64,000 nucleotides of DNA. It comes from Phoronis australis (Eukaryota > Animalia > Phoronida). The notes beneath the pieces were generated by a model. That model was not told the DNA's origin. It was given only the letters and a program-made list of their open reading frames with translations, and made no database searches. Positions within the stretch are counted from its first letter, which is position 1; each line of letters starts with the position of its first letter. Positions 63,441-64,000 of this stretch are shown here, piece after piece. The translations under genes were made by a program, and so were the position numbers. The stretch covers positions 1 through 64,000 of the forward strand of contig NMRA01000152.1 of assembly GCA_002633005.1 (NCBI GenBank). The letters run 5' to 3'.

Positions 63441-64000
63441 GTTATTTTCAAACCTAGTCAACTTTTAAACATTTCATAGTTTATTATATTTTTGATACAT
63501 GATTTTTCCTTGTATTTGTATATATTTATGCTTGTATACTTCGTTAGCATTTGTATCGCCAGTGTCACAGACGCTAAGGTAGCTTGCATCTAATGCAGTT
63601 TTCTTATGCCCCGAGAGAGGTCTCTGTATTTGTCCATAGAAAATAAACCTTTGAACCTTTGGTGTTGCAACCCAAACTGATGCCTGCACCAACCTGACTT
63701 GGCGTACTTCTGTTTCGCACGGGCTGATGAACTAGGCGGAAGCTACCGTAAATTTCTAAATTACTGTCGATAATTTTCATTTTTGTAAAGCATGTTCAAA
63801 CCTGAGATATACTGTTTAGTTTGTCTGAGTCGGAACCAAAGTTGACGATAATGAGCGTTCACGTATGCAGGTCATGAAGATCACACGGAGGAAGTGTCCC
63901 GAGAAAGTACTGCGCACCACCCTGTAGTCATTGTCATCAATTTCAGTTCCAATAACTGTTTAAAAACCTATAAACATGACAGACATTTAAAATCTTACGG

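Noticed and set aside
63720-63750. CTGATGA as a second hammerhead
   Set aside because: No GAAA box or stable stem II follows.
1-64000. Prokaryotic-style operon or defence system from the ORF track
   Set aside because: ORFs are short, overlapping and lack homology; the real coding content is spliced eukaryotic exons.

Overview
Eukaryotic (invertebrate-type, AT-rich, repeat-dense) genomic DNA; almost all of the supplied short ORFs are noise. By reading splice sites and checking exon phase by hand I reconstructed three spliced genes. (1) A 13-exon monoamine-oxidase (MAO-A/B family) gene on the minus strand (29715->10377). It is intact except for an apparent 8-nt frameshifting deletion in exon 9, has one GC-AG intron, and has an unusual Glu at the substrate-gate position. 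(2) A head-to-head, 10-exon, frame-intact (~602 aa) but very divergent SLC15/POT-family transporter on the plus strand (36233->49427) that has lost the canonical proton-coupling and peptide-binding residues. (3) A convergent 4-exon (~354 aa) membrane-anchored JmjC/cupin dioxygenase with an intact HxD...H triad (59845->52151). Introns and intergenic DNA hold many decayed or non-autonomous mobile elements: Kolobok-like (TTAA TSD), IS3EU-like, ISL2EU-like, Tc1/mariner-like, Harbinger-like, several 5-bp-TSD families including a 3-kb CAC...GTG element with C2H2 zinc-finger remnants, LINE fragments, and a Penelope-like GIY-YIG fragment with a minimal hammerhead ribozyme. There is also an 81-bp hairpin and a tandem array of CTCF-like motifs. 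No rRNA, tRNA or CRISPR was seen. All family assignments come from remembered motifs, not database searches.
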